A stretch of DNA of 63,764 nucleotides, from contig NC_068996.1 of assembly GCF_001194135.2 (NCBI RefSeq), positions 24,263,239 through 24,327,002 on the forward strand, given 5' to 3'. The position numbers and the translations under genes are program-made. Shown piece by piece: positions 62,356 through 63,764 of this stretch (within the stretch, counting starts at the first letter, position 1; every line of letters begins with the position of its first letter). The notes under the pieces are model-generated. The model did no database searches. It saw only the letters and a program-made list of their open reading frames with translations, and was not told where the DNA came from. The DNA is from Octopus bimaculoides. Its lineage: Eukaryota.

Positions 62356-62795
62356 TTAGGGATAAAATCCAAAATTACAGGTAAAAACTCAATTAAAATC
62401 AATTTATTAAAAATTAAAATTAGATTTAGTTTCACAGTATAAAATATATATAAATATATTGTACTTTTAATTATAAATTTTTTCTATATGTGACAGTGGA
62501 TTTTCATCGATGAGTTCATAAACCTTGGTTCTTTTCCCTAATACTATATATTTATATATATATATATATAACGTGAGAGAGTTAGGGGTTGGGGGTACAA
62601 CCCACTAAGGGATAGTATCTATCCAGTATACTGCTGGGAGGGTACCCAATTATTGCTACGCTAGTGCTATACTAGGTGCAATCAATGGGAGCGGGTAAAT
62701 ATATATATATATATATACACACACAAAAACATACATTGGTATATATATAATTATCAAAGTTGGGAGATAAGTCCAGGTAGATATAGAGTAAGTCT

Positions 62796-62853
<58 letters not shown>

Positions 62854-63019
62854 TACATATATATACATAGAGAGAGAGAGAGAGAGAGACAGACAGAGAC
62901 AGACAGACAGACAGAGACAGACAAATAGAGAATGAGAGTGAGAGAAAGAGAGAAAAGATGACAGGGGATCAAGACTTCTGGCAGTTTGCTGTGCTTGAGA
63001 AGACATGTAAAACTAAATA

Positions 63020-63352
63020 AAATCATGACTGTCCATACAACACAGACATATCTTCTATGTCCTCACTCAACTGAGAGGTCCTAGTCTTGTGGGCTCATGA
63101 ATACTGGTGCCATGTAACGGCACTTGTACCAGTGTGACATAAAAGCACCCATGACAATACTATGTAAAAGTGCCCACGTTAGGAGCACCCGGTACATTCT
63201 ATAAAATGGTTGGCATTAGGAAGGGCATCCAGCCATAGAAACTATGCCAAAGCTGGCAAAATGGAGCCCAGGCAGCTCTCTAGCTGCCCAGCTCCTGTCC
63301 AACCATCCAACCCATACCAGCAAGAACAGATGTTAAACGATGATGATGATGA
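63020..63352 (+). mobile_element. Older RTE 3' end with (GAT)n tail
   Basis: ggttggcattaggaagggcatccagccatagaaac...ccaacccataccagc...gttaaacgatgatgat. Confidence 0.85.
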
Positions 63353-63659
63353 TATATATGTATATATATGAGCGTGTGCATATACAGTCACATTGCATAA
63401 TCACCAGAAACTTTCGTATCAGGGATTGCATAGATTTCTTTCAACTTCCTGTGAAAAATCTTTTGCAGCTTCCAATATTGATACCACAGATGAAGATGTC
63501 TGCTTCAAGTTTACTGTAGCTGTTGCTGTAGTAGTTGTTGTTGTTGTGGTTGTTGTTGCCGCTGATGTTGCTTCCACTGTTTTTTGTGTTGTTGTTGATG
63601 TTGTTTCCTTTCTGATAAACAAGTTAGTTTTTTTTTTGTGAAACAAAAAGCAAACAAAC

Positions 63660-63698
63660 AATAATAAAATAATAATAATAATAATAATAATAATATAA

Positions 63699-63764
<66 letters not shown>
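63660..63764. repeat. (TAA)n microsatellite at the window end
   Basis: Directly visible. Confidence 0.95.

Overview
Repeat-saturated, AT-rich eukaryotic genomic DNA, almost certainly from a cephalopod. The repeat landscape matches Octopus: tRNA/CORE-type SINEs with internal microsatellites, RTE 3' ends with (GAT)n tails, and dense TA/TATG/CAT microsatellites. There are 15 N-gaps (~5.8 kb), most starting or ending in simple or tandem repeats. Nearly all long ORFs in the supplied track are microsatellite or N-gap artefacts. The recognisable coding remnants are all decayed transposons: one 5'-truncated RTE-group LINE (29.5-31.8 kb) plus about a dozen RTE 3'-end copies, a near full-length CR1-type LINE (32.2-35.6 kb, minus), a Tx1/L1 RT remnant, about nine R4/Dong-type restriction-like-endonuclease LINE fragments, four Penelope-like GIY-YIG fragments, a hAT transposase remnant and nested TTAA (piggyBac-type) MITEs. 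At least four SINE families are present in multiple copies. No host gene can be named; a few splice-site-flanked open frames are listed at low confidence. The most notable observations are: hammerhead-ribozyme motifs in small Penelope/retrozyme-like elements (7664-7719, 10812-10857, and a partial core near 53630-53654); six fold-back inverted duplications, several repeating the loop sequence; an R4/Dong lineage apparently targeting (CATA)n; a triplicated ~120-bp unit carrying splice-acceptor/microexon-like motifs; and a CpG-rich unique island at 23.87-24.05 kb. No CRISPR, rRNA or intact tRNA genes were seen. All family assignments come from manual motif recognition, not database searches.
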